48,122 nt of DNA from assembly GCA_045803515.1 (NCBI GenBank), contig JBJMOX010000356.1:1-48122 (forward strand), in the 5' to 3' direction. Below the pieces are notes generated by a model. That model made no database searches, was not told where the DNA came from, and worked only from the letters and a program-made list of their open reading frames with translations. Positions within the stretch are counted from its first letter, which is position 1. Each line of letters begins with the position of its first letter. This stretch comes from Gemmatimonadales bacterium. GTDB taxonomy: Bacteria > Gemmatimonadota > Gemmatimonadetes > Gemmatimonadales > GWC2-71-9. A program made the position numbers and the translations under genes. This document shows, in pieces, positions 16,883 to 25,041 of the stretch.

Positions 16883-17464
16883 GTGTATGCTTCACCGCGC
16901 CAGGAAACGGCGCTCGCCTACGTCTTCTGGCATTGGCGTCGCGCGGAGGTCTCGGAGGCGTCGTACGTCGAGCTGCAGCGCCGCTTCCATGCGGCCCTCG
17001 CCGCCGCCCCACCGATTGGATTCCTGGGCTCGCATTCGGCGGCCGTTCGCGGGGTCTCCTGGGCGGCGGCGGGTGCGGACGCCTACGAGGACTGGTACCT
17101 GGTCGAAGGCACCGCGGCGCTGGATCCGCTGAACCAGGCGGCGGTGACCGCCTCGCGTCAGGCGGCTCACGATGCCGCCGCGTCCGCGGCGCACGGCGGC
17201 ACCGCGGGCCTCTACCGCTTACGCCGAGGCCGGCTGGCAGTCCATCGGACCGCCGCCTGGTTCGCCAAACCCGAAGGCATGAGCTACGACGAGCTGTACG
17301 TCGCGCTGGAGTCGCCGGTACTCCGGACCGGTGGGGCGCTCTGGGGACGGCAGATGGTCCTGGGTCCCACGCCGGAGTTCTGTCTGCACACGCCTGAACC
17401 GGTGCCGCTGCCGGCGCCGCTCGTTGTCCAGGTGGTGGCTCGCTCACCGATCTGGCCCGATTGA
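16883..17464 (+). CDS. hypothetical protein
   Basis: GTG 16883, 5 nt after the upstream stop. ..LAYVFWHW..YEDWYLVEG... No family named. Confidence 0.5.
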   Translation: MYASPRQETALAYVFWHWRRAEVSEASYVELQRRFHAALAAAPPIGFLGSHSAAVRGVSWAAAGADAYEDWYLVEGTAALDPLNQAAVTASRQAAHDAAASAAHGGTAGLYRLRRGRLAVHRTAAWFAKPEGMSYDELYVALESPVLRTGGALWGRQMVLGPTPEFCLHTPEPVPLPAPLVVQVVARSPIWPD

Positions 17465-17478
17465 GGGAGGTGGAGTGA

Positions 17479-17751
17479 ATGTCTGACCTGCGTCTTCGGT
17501 CGTTGCTCGAGCAGCTCCAGGCGGAGCTGGCTCGCGCGGAGGACCTGCCCGAGGAGCAGCGCCAGTCGCTCCGGCGCCTCGCCGATGAGCTCGGGACCAT
17601 CCTGGCGCGTCCTGCCGGTGCGCGCGGATCGGACCAGGAGTCAGTCCGGTCGCGGCTCGATGACTGGGTCCGCGAGCTCGAGGCATCCCATCCGGCGCTC
17701 TCTACCACGTTGAGCAACCTGATCGACACCCTGGCCTTCTTCGGTCTGTAG
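17479..17751 (+). CDS. DUF4404-family protein
   Basis: Strong GGAGG SD. 90 aa helical, ..LRSLLEQLQAEL..WVRELEASHPALSTTLSNLIDTL.. Confidence 0.65.
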   Translation: MSDLRLRSLLEQLQAELARAEDLPEEQRQSLRRLADELGTILARPAGARGSDQESVRSRLDDWVRELEASHPALSTTLSNLIDTLAFFGL

Positions 17752-17769
17752 CCGTCCGGTGGGGAGACC

Positions 17770-18207
17770 ATGCTTCTCTTTCTGATCTTCGCGCTGCTCG
17801 CCGGCGTGATCCTGCCGGTGCAAGCCGGCGTCAACGCGCAACTGCGCGTCACCCTGGGCAGCACGCTGGCGGCGGCGCTGGTCTCGTTCGTGGTGGGGAC
17901 CGTGGGCCTGCTCGGACTGGTCGCCGTGCTCCAGGTACCGCTCCCGGTGGGCTCCGGCTGGAGCCGGAGTCCTGGGTGGCACTGGATCGGCGGTCTCCTC
18001 GGCGCCGTCTACGTGGCGATCGCCACGGTGCTCGCCCCGCGGCTCGGCGCGGCCACGCTGGTGGCGGCGGTCGTCGCGGGGCAGATGCTGACCTCGGTCG
18101 TCCTGGATCAGTATGGTCTCATCGGCTATCCCCCGCATCCGTTGACGGCGGCGCGAGCGCTCGGAGTGGTGCTCGTCGTCGGCGGCGTGATATTGATTCA
18201 GCGGTAA
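17770..18207 (+). CDS. DMT-superfamily membrane protein (YdcZ/DUF606-like)
   Basis: 145 aa, 5 TM. ..LLAGVILPVQAGVNAQL.. and ..GQMLTSVVLDQYGL.. are typical of DUF606. Confidence 0.8.
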   Translation: MLLFLIFALLAGVILPVQAGVNAQLRVTLGSTLAAALVSFVVGTVGLLGLVAVLQVPLPVGSGWSRSPGWHWIGGLLGAVYVAIATVLAPRLGAATLVAAVVAGQMLTSVVLDQYGLIGYPPHPLTAARALGVVLVVGGVILIQR

Positions 18208-18251
18208 TCCCGCGGCAACGAGCCGCGCCATCCACCCCCGCAGGAGGGGCC

Positions 18252-18596
18252 ATGTCCCAGCCAGGCTTCGCCGAGCAGGTCTCCACCCTGAACACCACGC
18301 TTCTCGCCATCGAGGCGCGAGTCAGCAGCGGGGAGATTCCGGTCGAGGCGCTCGCCGACTTCAAGAGCTCGGTCGACGACCTCCGGCTACGCCTCTGGGG
18401 TCTGGTGAGCGCGGGCACCGCCAACGACTATCGCGGCTTCCAGGAGCGGTTCCGCCTGCGGCGGGCCAAGGAGATCTGCCTTGGCCTGGAAAGCGATCTG
18501 CGCAGCGGGGTGATCAGCGAGCGGCACGAGGAGCTCGCGCCGCTGGGGCAAGCCGCGCGGGATCTGGCGCGCGCCGTCTCGTCGCTGGCGCGCTGA
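18252..18596 (+). CDS. hypothetical helical protein
   Basis: ATG 18252 after AGGAGGGG inside ORF 17976-18596. 114 aa. Confidence 0.5.
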   Translation: MSQPGFAEQVSTLNTTLLAIEARVSSGEIPVEALADFKSSVDDLRLRLWGLVSAGTANDYRGFQERFRLRRAKEICLGLESDLRSGVISERHEELAPLGQAARDLARAVSSLAR

Positions 18597-18600
18597 TCTC

Positions 18601-19062
18601 ATGCCGACCGCGCCGCGCCATGCCATCCTCCTGCTGCTGCTCCTGGCCGTCGGTTGCCGTCCCGCGGCCCGAGGCGGCGAAGCACCCCGCTACGTCCCCG
18701 TCGGCGGCAGCGCGCCGTTGCCCTTCTCAGCGGCTGTCCGGGTGGGTCCGCTGCTCTACCTCTCGGGCCAGATCGGGACGGACAGCGCGGGGCATCTGGT
18801 TCCCGGCGGAATCGCGGCAGAAACCCGGCAGGCGCTGGAGAACATCCGGAGCGTGCTGGAGCACAACGAGTCCTCGCTCGACCGGGTCGTGAAGTGCACC
18901 GCGATGCTGGCCGATATCCACGACTGGGGCGCGATGAACCAGGTCTACGTGACGTACTTCCGCCGGCACCTGCCCGCCCGGAGCGCGTTCGCCACCAGCG
19001 GCCTGGTATTTGGAGCACGCATCGAGCTCGAGTGCATGGCCAGCGTGGGCGCAGGATCCTGA
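18601..19062 (+). CDS. RidA/YjgF/UK114-family protein with lipoprotein-type signal peptide
   Basis: LLLLLLAVGC lipobox followed by ..LLYLSGQIG..ETRQALENI..VVKCTAMLADI..AR.AF.. RidA core. Confidence 0.85.
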   Translation: MPTAPRHAILLLLLLAVGCRPAARGGEAPRYVPVGGSAPLPFSAAVRVGPLLYLSGQIGTDSAGHLVPGGIAAETRQALENIRSVLEHNESSLDRVVKCTAMLADIHDWGAMNQVYVTYFRRHLPARSAFATSGLVFGARIELECMASVGAGS

Positions 19063-19123
19063 GGCGGTTGTGGCGCGCGGCTGGACGCGGGCATAAACTG
19101 GAGCATTCTCCAAGGAGGTCTCC

Positions 19124-19558
19124 ATGAGCGCCGTCCGTGATATCCTCATGCGAAAGGGTCCCACCCTCATCTCGGTCCGTCCCGCCGATACCGTGCTGCG
19201 CGCCGCCACCCTCATGAACGAGGAGGGGATCGGCGGGGTGCTGGTGATGGAAGGCGACGACCTTGCCGGGATCTTCACCGAGCGCGACGTGCTCCGGCGC
19301 GTGGTCGCGGCCGGGCTCGACCCCGCGCGGACCACCGTCGGCGAGGTGCTCACCTCGTCGGTCGTCACCTGCGAGCCCGGAACCAGTGTCGATGAATGCG
19401 CGGCGCTGATGACCGCGCGACACATCCGTCATCTCCCGGTCCGGGAGGCCGGCCGTCTGGTTGGCGTGGTGACGATCGGGGATATCCTCGCGTTTCAGGT
19501 GAGCGAGCAGCAGACCACGATCGAGCAGATGAACAACTACCTGTTCGATCTGCGCTGA
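19124..19558 (+). CDS. CBS-domain pair protein
   Basis: AAGGAGG SD. Two CBS repeats (..GIGGVLVMEGDDLAGIFTERDVLRRV.. and ..HIRHLPVREAGRLVGVVTIGDIL..). Confidence 0.85.
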   Translation: MSAVRDILMRKGPTLISVRPADTVLRAATLMNEEGIGGVLVMEGDDLAGIFTERDVLRRVVAAGLDPARTTVGEVLTSSVVTCEPGTSVDECAALMTARHIRHLPVREAGRLVGVVTIGDILAFQVSEQQTTIEQMNNYLFDLR

Positions 19559-19572
19559 GCCGTGCGCTGCCG

Positions 19573-19833
19573 GTGAGCAACCCGCTTTCCGCCGACATCG
19601 AGCAGGCGCTCGCGCGCGTGTTCCCGCCCGATGAGCAGACAGTCGCGCGGAGCATGCTCGCGAGTTACGGCCTGGCCGACCACCAGCGCGAGGTGGACCG
19701 GGTCCGCCAGGCGTTGCTCAGGCTCAGCCGCGGAAAGGTGGCCTATCTCGGCCATTATCTCGCGGTCGCCCAACACGACTACCGCGATGTGCTCTACTGG
19801 GCAGATCATCCGGAGCAGGCACCGAAGCGGTAG
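19573..19833 (+). CDS. hypothetical protein
   Basis: GTG 19573 in ORF 19396-19833, 86 aa. No family recognised. Confidence 0.4.
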   Translation: MSNPLSADIEQALARVFPPDEQTVARSMLASYGLADHQREVDRVRQALLRLSRGKVAYLGHYLAVAQHDYRDVLYWADHPEQAPKR

Positions 19834-19866
19834 CCCACGGCCCGCACGGTTGACGCGGAGCTTCGC

Positions 19867-20163
19867 ATGTTCCACATCATCTGGGTTTTTGTGGCCGCGC
19901 CGGAGCGCGCGCGCGAGTTCGCGGCCGCCTACGGTCCGGACGGGGGCTGGGTTGGACTGTTCCGGGAAGGCGCCGGCTACCATGACACCGAGCTGTTTCA
20001 GAGCCAGGCGGAGCCCTCTCGCTTCCTCACCGTCGACCGCTGGGACTCGCGGAGCGCGTACGAGCAGTTCCGTCGCGAGCGCGGGCCGGACTACGCCCGG
20101 CTCGATGCCGCCTGCAAGGCCCTCACCGTGCAGGAGGAGTTCCTGGGAGCCTTCGGTGAGTGA
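19867..20163 (+). CDS. ABM-domain (antibiotic biosynthesis monooxygenase-like) protein
   Basis: 98 aa. ..FLTVDRWDSRSAYEQF.. is the typical ABM signature region. Confidence 0.65.
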   Translation: MFHIIWVFVAAPERAREFAAAYGPDGGWVGLFREGAGYHDTELFQSQAEPSRFLTVDRWDSRSAYEQFRRERGPDYARLDAACKALTVQEEFLGAFGE

Positions 20164-20182
20164 CCCGGGCGGGCTTCGCGCC

Positions 20183-20599
20183 ATGCTCCTCCTGGCCCTT
20201 GCACTGGGATTGTCCTCCGCGCTCTCCGCCCAGCGGCCTGCCGTCACGGCCGACTTTCTCGCCGTCACCCGGTGCGACGGCGATACGGCGGTGAGCCAGG
20301 TCCGCTCCGACCTGACCGATTCCGCCCTGGTCGCGCAGGTCGAAGCGCATGAGCGGGTCCACCGGGCGCAGGCCGCGGGATACCCGAGCTGCCAGGCCTT
20401 TCTGGCCACGCTGCGGTCGGCCCGCCGCATCATCGACGTCGAGCTGCCGGCCTACTGTGCCCAATGGCACGTGGCGGTTGCCCAGGGCGCCGACCCGGCG
20501 GACACTCGCCGGGAATACGCCTGGCGTCTGGCGGCGCAGTCGGGGGCGATGGAGAATCGGCTCGACATTCTGGCGCGATTCGAGAGGGAGTGCTGGTGA
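20183..20599 (+). CDS. secreted small protein with HExxH motif
   Basis: ATG 20183 gives signal peptide MLLLALALGLSSALSAQ. Contains EAHERVHRAQ plus four Cys. GTGA overlap with the downstream gene. Confidence 0.5.
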   Translation: MLLLALALGLSSALSAQRPAVTADFLAVTRCDGDTAVSQVRSDLTDSALVAQVEAHERVHRAQAAGYPSCQAFLATLRSARRIIDVELPAYCAQWHVAVAQGADPADTRREYAWRLAAQSGAMENRLDILARFERECW

Positions 20600-21015
20600 G
20601 CCAAGACCCCGCTGCACACGGTTTGGGTATTCCCCGAAGCCTCAAGGCAGCGGCGCTCTGCTTTCTCCTGTTCGCGGTCGCGGTGCTGCTCAACGGCGCC
20701 ACGCAATCGGCCGCGGGGTGGATGGTCCCTCGCCAGATCATGCACGCCGGTTTTCGGGTGGTCGGGGCAGGGGCCATCGCGTGGGGACTGCTTCGCGGAG
20801 CCCGCTGGGCCTGGGTGCTCGGGCTCCTGCTCGGCTCATTCTGGCTGGTGACCGGGCTCCTGACCGTCCTGGTCTTCGAGCGCAGAGACCTCCAGTGGCT
20901 CCAGCCCAGCAGCTTTCAGGTGTTCCTCTTCGCCTCGCTCGGCCTGATGGCCCTGGGGGTCGTGCTGTTGCTCTCTCCTTCCGCGCGGCAGGAGTTCCGG
21001 CGGCCTCATGTCTGA
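20596..21015 (+). CDS. hypothetical four-TM membrane protein
   Basis: GTG 20596 in ORF 20464-21015. Four hydrophobic helices. Confidence 0.5.
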   Translation: MSQDPAAHGLGIPRSLKAAALCFLLFAVAVLLNGATQSAAGWMVPRQIMHAGFRVVGAGAIAWGLLRGARWAWVLGLLLGSFWLVTGLLTVLVFERRDLQWLQPSSFQVFLFASLGLMALGVVLLLSPSARQEFRRPHV

Positions 21016-21421
21016 GCATCTGCGGGAGATGCGGGTATTGACCCTCACGGCGGCCAAGGCGATGGCGGCTGCGGCGGAGGCGTTCGCGCTGGCGCGTGGC
21101 TGGACCGTGGTCATCGCCGTCGTGGACCCCGCGGGCGGACTCATGCTGCTCCACTGTCTCGACGACACCCAGCCTGCCAGCCAGGAGATCGCGGTGGAGA
21201 AGGCGCGAACCGCCGCACGGATGCGACGGCCGACCAAGGCGCTGGACGACGCGATCGCCGGGGGACGGACCGCTTTTCTCAGTCTCCGCGCCGTGGTGCT
21301 CGAAGGCGGCCTCCCGGTCCGGGTGAACGGACACGTGGTCGGCGCGATCGGCGTGAGCGGGATGACATCCTCGCAGGACGGCGAGGTGGCCGACGCGGGA
21401 CTCCAGGGTCTGCAGGTTTGA
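21008..21421 (+). CDS. GlcG/HbpS-like (DUF336) heme-binding protein
   Basis: ..VVIAVVDPAGGLMLL..S.EIAVEKARTAA..GGLPV..GHVVGAIGVSG.. is canonical for DUF336. Confidence 0.8.
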   Translation: MSEHLREMRVLTLTAAKAMAAAAEAFALARGWTVVIAVVDPAGGLMLLHCLDDTQPASQEIAVEKARTAARMRRPTKALDDAIAGGRTAFLSLRAVVLEGGLPVRVNGHVVGAIGVSGMTSSQDGEVADAGLQGLQV

Positions 21422-21450
21422 GCACGGACTGGTCCAGAGGGAGAGGCGCC

Positions 21451-21792
21451 ATGGACGAAGAGATGACCTCGACCACCTTCACTCTGGAAGGCTTCCGGGT
21501 GGTCCACTCGCTCGGCGTGGTCCGGGGTGTGACGGTCCGCTCGCGATCGCTGTTCGGGACCGTGGGCGCGCGCCTGGAGACCCTGCTCGGGGGACACATC
21601 AGCATCCTGAGCTCCCTGTGCGAGCGTACCCGGCAGGACGCCTTCGATATCCTCTTGGCCCAGGCGCAACGCCGTGGCGCCAACGGCGTCGTCGGCATCC
21701 GCTACGACGCCACCGAGATCATGTCGGGTGTCACCGAGGTCATCTGCTACGGGACCGCAGTGGTCGTCGAATCGCTGAGCGAGAGCGAATGA
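21451..21792 (+). CDS. YbjQ-family (UPF0145) protein
   Basis: ATG 21451 after GGAGAGG. ..GVVRGVTVRSRS..A...A.RRGANGVVGIRYD..VICYGTAVV.. Confidence 0.85.
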   Translation: MDEEMTSTTFTLEGFRVVHSLGVVRGVTVRSRSLFGTVGARLETLLGGHISILSSLCERTRQDAFDILLAQAQRRGANGVVGIRYDATEIMSGVTEVICYGTAVVVESLSESE

Positions 21793-21801
21793 TCGGTTGG
21801 G

Positions 21802-21921
21802 TCAGCGACCGTTTCCCCGGCCTCGCCCGGTCTTCTCCTGCAGCTGGGTCCACTCATCGGGATCCTTGACGGTGTTGGACGGTGAGCCGGTCCGGGGCTT
21901 CTTCTCCGGCTGCTTGGCCAT
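21802..21921 (-). CDS. 39-aa protein resembling both ends of DUF3072
   Basis: ATG 21921 preceded by GAGGAGG. MAKQPEKKPRTGSPSNTVKDPDEWTQLQEKTGRGRGNGR. Confidence 0.5.
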   Translation of the reverse strand: MAKQPEKKPRTGSPSNTVKDPDEWTQLQEKTGRGRGNGR

Positions 21922-22165
21922 ATCTGACCTCCTCTTGGTTTCGGCCGGTTCGCACCTCCCCGAAGAGAAGCCAAATTGTCTAGACTTCACAAGAGGGTAG
22001 ATCGGGTAAGATGCTGGTGCAATGTGACTTGGATCACACGCCCGATACACGTGATCGGCATTCCGATTAGATTGCAACTGCGCGGTGTCGGGCCGCGCCC
22101 GGTGGGTCGTCGCTGCGCGCGCAGCCACCGCGAATGGCGCGCACCCCCGCCCCCGAGAGTTTTGC

Positions 22166-22435
22166 GTGTCCAGTTATAAGCCGGAGCAACGCCGCCTGGT
22201 CTGTCGCGGCCGAGAATTCCACTTCGTTTCCTACGAGGCGCGCGCGGCGAGCGAGCGCCGGGGCGAATCCGCCCTTCCCCCGATGTGGTTCCTCATGAAC
22301 GAGGGCAAGCGGACGCCGGTCATGGCGCATGTGAGCGGACAGGAGTCCTCCGAAACCGACCGGGCGCTCCTGCGTTGGGTAGAGAAGGAGGTGTTCGGGG
22401 CGCCGGTCGGCAACGGCAAGTCGCGTGAGCAGTGA
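22166..22435 (+). CDS. hypothetical protein
   Basis: GTG 22166 in ORF 22085-22435, 89 aa. No family recognised. Confidence 0.4.
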   Translation: MSSYKPEQRRLVCRGREFHFVSYEARAASERRGESALPPMWFLMNEGKRTPVMAHVSGQESSETDRALLRWVEKEVFGAPVGNGKSREQ

Positions 22436-22721
22436 CGGTGACGCCATCCGCCCGGCTCGCTCGCGAGGCGTGATCGCGGCAATCCTCCTGGGTTCGGCCG
22501 CGGTCGCCCTCGTGCCGGCCGTGATCTCCCGGACGCAGCGGGTCCAGACCATGCGGGCCGAGTTGCAAAGCGTACTCGCCCAGTGCCGGGAGCGGTACGC
22601 CGGCGCGCACTCGGCGGCGGACACTGCGCGCGCCGACTCCTCGTATCCCGCTACCCAAAGGGATCGGCGACCGGCCGATCCCGCCTGCGTCGCCTATCGC
22701 AAGCACGACATGCTCCGCTAG
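22425..22721 (+). CDS. hypothetical membrane-anchored protein
   Basis: GTG start. One TM VIAAILLGSAAVALVPAVI. 11-nt overlap with the upstream ORF. Confidence 0.4.
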   Translation: MSSDGDAIRPARSRGVIAAILLGSAAVALVPAVISRTQRVQTMRAELQSVLAQCRERYAGAHSAADTARADSSYPATQRDRRPADPACVAYRKHDMLR

Positions 22722-22771
22722 GAGCATCCATCCTCCGGAGGCCAGGGGTGCGCGCACCTGATGAGCAGGCA

Positions 22772-23263
22772 ATGACCCCGGAGGGCTGGCTGGTCCGTCC
22801 CGCTCGGGCCGCGGATCGTTCGTTCATTCTCGCCCTCGCGCCCCGGCTCTCCTCGGGGTTCGCGCTCCCGCCATGGCGAACCCCCGCCGAAGTCACCCGG
22901 GCCGAGGAGCTGACGCTCGCGGCGGCGCTGGTGGCGCCCCCCGAGGGCTCCGCCCTCCTGGTGGCGGAGGACGCCGGAGGACGGCCCGCAGGTTTCGTAT
23001 ACCTCCAGTCGCTCACCGACTACTTCGAGCAGGCAGACCACGCCCACGTCTCGGTCCTGGCCGTCAGCGCCGAGGCGGAGGGGCGAGGCGTCGGCCGGGT
23101 GTTGCTCGAGGAGGCCGAACGCTGGGCCCAGGAGCGCGGGTATCCCTTCATTACCCTCAATGTGTTCGAGCAGAACGCCCGGGCCCGAGGGATCTACGAG
23201 CGGCAGGGCTATGTCCCGGAAACGCTTCGGTACGTGAAGCCGCTCGCTGGCCGCCGAAGCTGA
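22772..23263 (+). CDS. GNAT-family N-acetyltransferase
   Basis: ATG 22772. ..VSVLAVSAEAEGRGVGRVLLEEAERWAQERG..NARARGIYERQGY.. Confidence 0.8.
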   Translation: MTPEGWLVRPARAADRSFILALAPRLSSGFALPPWRTPAEVTRAEELTLAAALVAPPEGSALLVAEDAGGRPAGFVYLQSLTDYFEQADHAHVSVLAVSAEAEGRGVGRVLLEEAERWAQERGYPFITLNVFEQNARARGIYERQGYVPETLRYVKPLAGRRS

Positions 23264-23278
23264 CCGCGGCAGCAAGGA

Positions 23279-23731
23279 GTGCACATGGGGGGGCGTCTGG
23301 AATCGATCTGGATCAAGCGCGCGCACCGGGGTCCCATGGATCCCGTGGCCGCGGCGACCCTGGTGACCGGCCGGGGCCTCGCCGGCAGCGCGGACCGGAG
23401 CCGGCATCGCCAGGTCACCATCATCGAGCGCGAGGTCTGGGGCCGGCTCATGCGGGAGCTCGGCGCGGACGTGTCGCCCAGCGCCCGGCGCGCCAACCTG
23501 CTGGTGAGCGGACTCGCACTCAAGGAGAGCCGGGACCGCGTGCTGCTGATCGGCGGGCACCGCCTGCGCGTCCTGGGCGAGACTCGGCCCTGCGAGCGGA
23601 TGGATGAGGCGCTGCCGGGACTCCGTACCGCCATGGAGTCGGAGTGGGGTGGGGGCGTCTTCGCCGAGGTACTGGACGACGGCGAGATCGCGGTCGGCTG
23701 CGAGGTTGTCTGGGCGACGGAGGATCGATGA
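23279..23731 (+). CDS. MOSC-domain protein
   Basis: 150 aa. ..RQVTIIE.E.W......[11 protein letters not shown].....RPCERMDEA.. is typical of the MOSC beta-barrel. Confidence 0.8.
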   Translation: MHMGGRLESIWIKRAHRGPMDPVAAATLVTGRGLAGSADRSRHRQVTIIEREVWGRLMRELGADVSPSARRANLLVSGLALKESRDRVLLIGGHRLRVLGETRPCERMDEALPGLRTAMESEWGGGVFAEVLDDGEIAVGCEVVWATEDR

Positions 23732-23889
23732 GCAAGCTGCTGGCGTGGGTGGGCGCGTCGGTCGGCGGTGCCGTCGGCTGGTGGGCGGGCGACCGGATCG
23801 GCCTCTTCTCCGCGTTCATCCTCAGCATGCTGGGTACCGGGGCCGGCCTCTACCTGGGCCGCCGGATGGCCGAGGTGCTGATCGACTGA
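23728..23889 (+). CDS. 53-aa glycine-zipper membrane peptide
   Basis: ATGA overlap with the MOSC stop. [44 protein letters not shown]. Confidence 0.45.
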   Translation: MSKLLAWVGASVGGAVGWWAGDRIGLFSAFILSMLGTGAGLYLGRRMAEVLID

Positions 23890-23900
23890 GGGCCGGACGC

Positions 23901-23937
23901 GAGTGGCGGCCGATACGGAAGCTATCGGCCGCCACTC
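23901..23937. terminator. bidirectional stem-loop terminator between convergent genes
   Basis: Perfect 15-bp inverted repeat GAGTGGCGGCCGATA / TATCGGCCGCCACTC with a 7-nt loop. It lies between the 23889 (+) and 23967 (-) gene ends. Confidence 0.7.
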
Positions 23938-23966
23938 CCCTTGCGGGGCGACTGCGAGCTCTGAGC

Positions 23967-24182
23967 TTAACGCCCGAGCTTCACCACGTTCTCCGCCGCG
24001 GGGCCCTTCTGGCCCTGCACGACGTCGAACTCGACTCGCTCACCCTCGGCCAGGCTCTTGAAGCCCTGACCCTGAATCGCCGAATGATGGACGAAACAAT
24101 CCTTCTGACCGTCCTCGGGGGTGATAAAGCCGAAGCCCTTCGCATCATTGAACCACTTGACCGTGCCGGTGGTGCGTGCCAT
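23967..24182 (-). CDS. cspA: cold-shock protein (CspA family)
   Basis: [29 protein letters not shown] (RNP1/RNP2 motifs), 71 aa. Confidence 0.95.
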   Translation of the reverse strand: MARTTGTVKWFNDAKGFGFITPEDGQKDCFVHHSAIQGQGFKSLAEGERVEFDVVQGQKGPAAENVVKLGR

Positions 24183-24387
24183 TTCCTACTCCTTGCGTGT
24201 TGTTGTAATCGGAGTCCGGCGATGCCGCCCAGCCGACTACGGAAGCGCGTGATTTGACCCTCACGCGGGGCGGTTGCCCCGGCGCGCCCGAATGGGCGGG
24301 ACCTCGAAGAGCAACCACTAAAAAGGGAGCCGGCGCGACTTCCGCCAGCCCCCTGTGATGACCTTGGACCCTGGCCGCGCACATCAT

Positions 24388-24408
24388 GCGCAGCAATCGC
24401 GCAGCAAT
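24388..24408. repeat. tandem direct repeat GCGCAGCAAT-c-GCGCAGCAAT (11-bp period) in divergent promoter region
   Basis: Read directly at 24388-24397 and 24399-24408, between csp (-) and the DinB gene (+). Confidence 0.6.
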
Positions 24409-24505
24409 ACTAACAGGTCGAGCATTCCGGCACAAGTAGGCGGGGGTCTTGCCCGGGGTGGCCCGATCAGCCAGACTGGCCACTCACCGATCAACCGGAG
24501 CCGGC

Positions 24506-25030
24506 ATGTTTTCGACTCAACCCCCGGCCGCGGACGAGTACCCGCAGGCCTACGCGGACTACGTGGGGCGGGTCCCCAGAGGGTCCGATGTCCTGGAGGT
24601 GCTCGCCCGCCAGCTGGAGGAGACGTCCGGGCGCCTGGCAGGGATCCCGGAAGACCGCGGTGGATTTCGCTATGCCCCGGCCAAATGGAGCGTGAAAGAG
24701 CTGGTGGGACACCTCAACGACGCGGAGCGGATCATGGTCTATCGCGCGCTCCGCTTCGCCCGCGGCGACGCCACCCCGTTGGCCGGCTTCGAGGAGAACG
24801 CCTACGTCCCCGAATCGGGCGCGGAGGCCCGCAGCCTGGCGAGCCTGGTCGGCGAGTGGACGGCGGTCCGACAGGCCTCACTCGCTTTCTTCCAAGGCCT
24901 CCCGCCCGGCGCCTGGGGTCGGCGAGGCGTCGTCAACGCCAACCCGGTCACGGTCCGAGCCCTGGCCTACGTCGTGGCGGGACACGAGCACCATCATCTG
25001 GAGGTGCTGCGCACCCGATACCGGTTGTAG
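24506..25030 (+). CDS. DinB-family protein
   Basis: ATG 24506 after GGAG. ..WSVKELVGHLNDAERIM.. and ..YVVAGHEHHHLEVL.. Confidence 0.8.
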   Translation: MFSTQPPAADEYPQAYADYVGRVPRGSDVLEVLARQLEETSGRLAGIPEDRGGFRYAPAKWSVKELVGHLNDAERIMVYRALRFARGDATPLAGFEENAYVPESGAEARSLASLVGEWTAVRQASLAFFQGLPPGAWGRRGVVNANPVTVRALAYVVAGHEHHHLEVLRTRYRL

Positions 25031-25041
25031 GATTGATCCCC

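Noticed and set aside
22112-22125. Perfect 14-bp palindrome GCTGCGCGCGCAGC in the 21922-22165 spacer.
   Set aside because: It is a pure GC palindrome of a kind expected by chance in about 70% GC DNA, with no second copy or obvious positional logic. Noted only.
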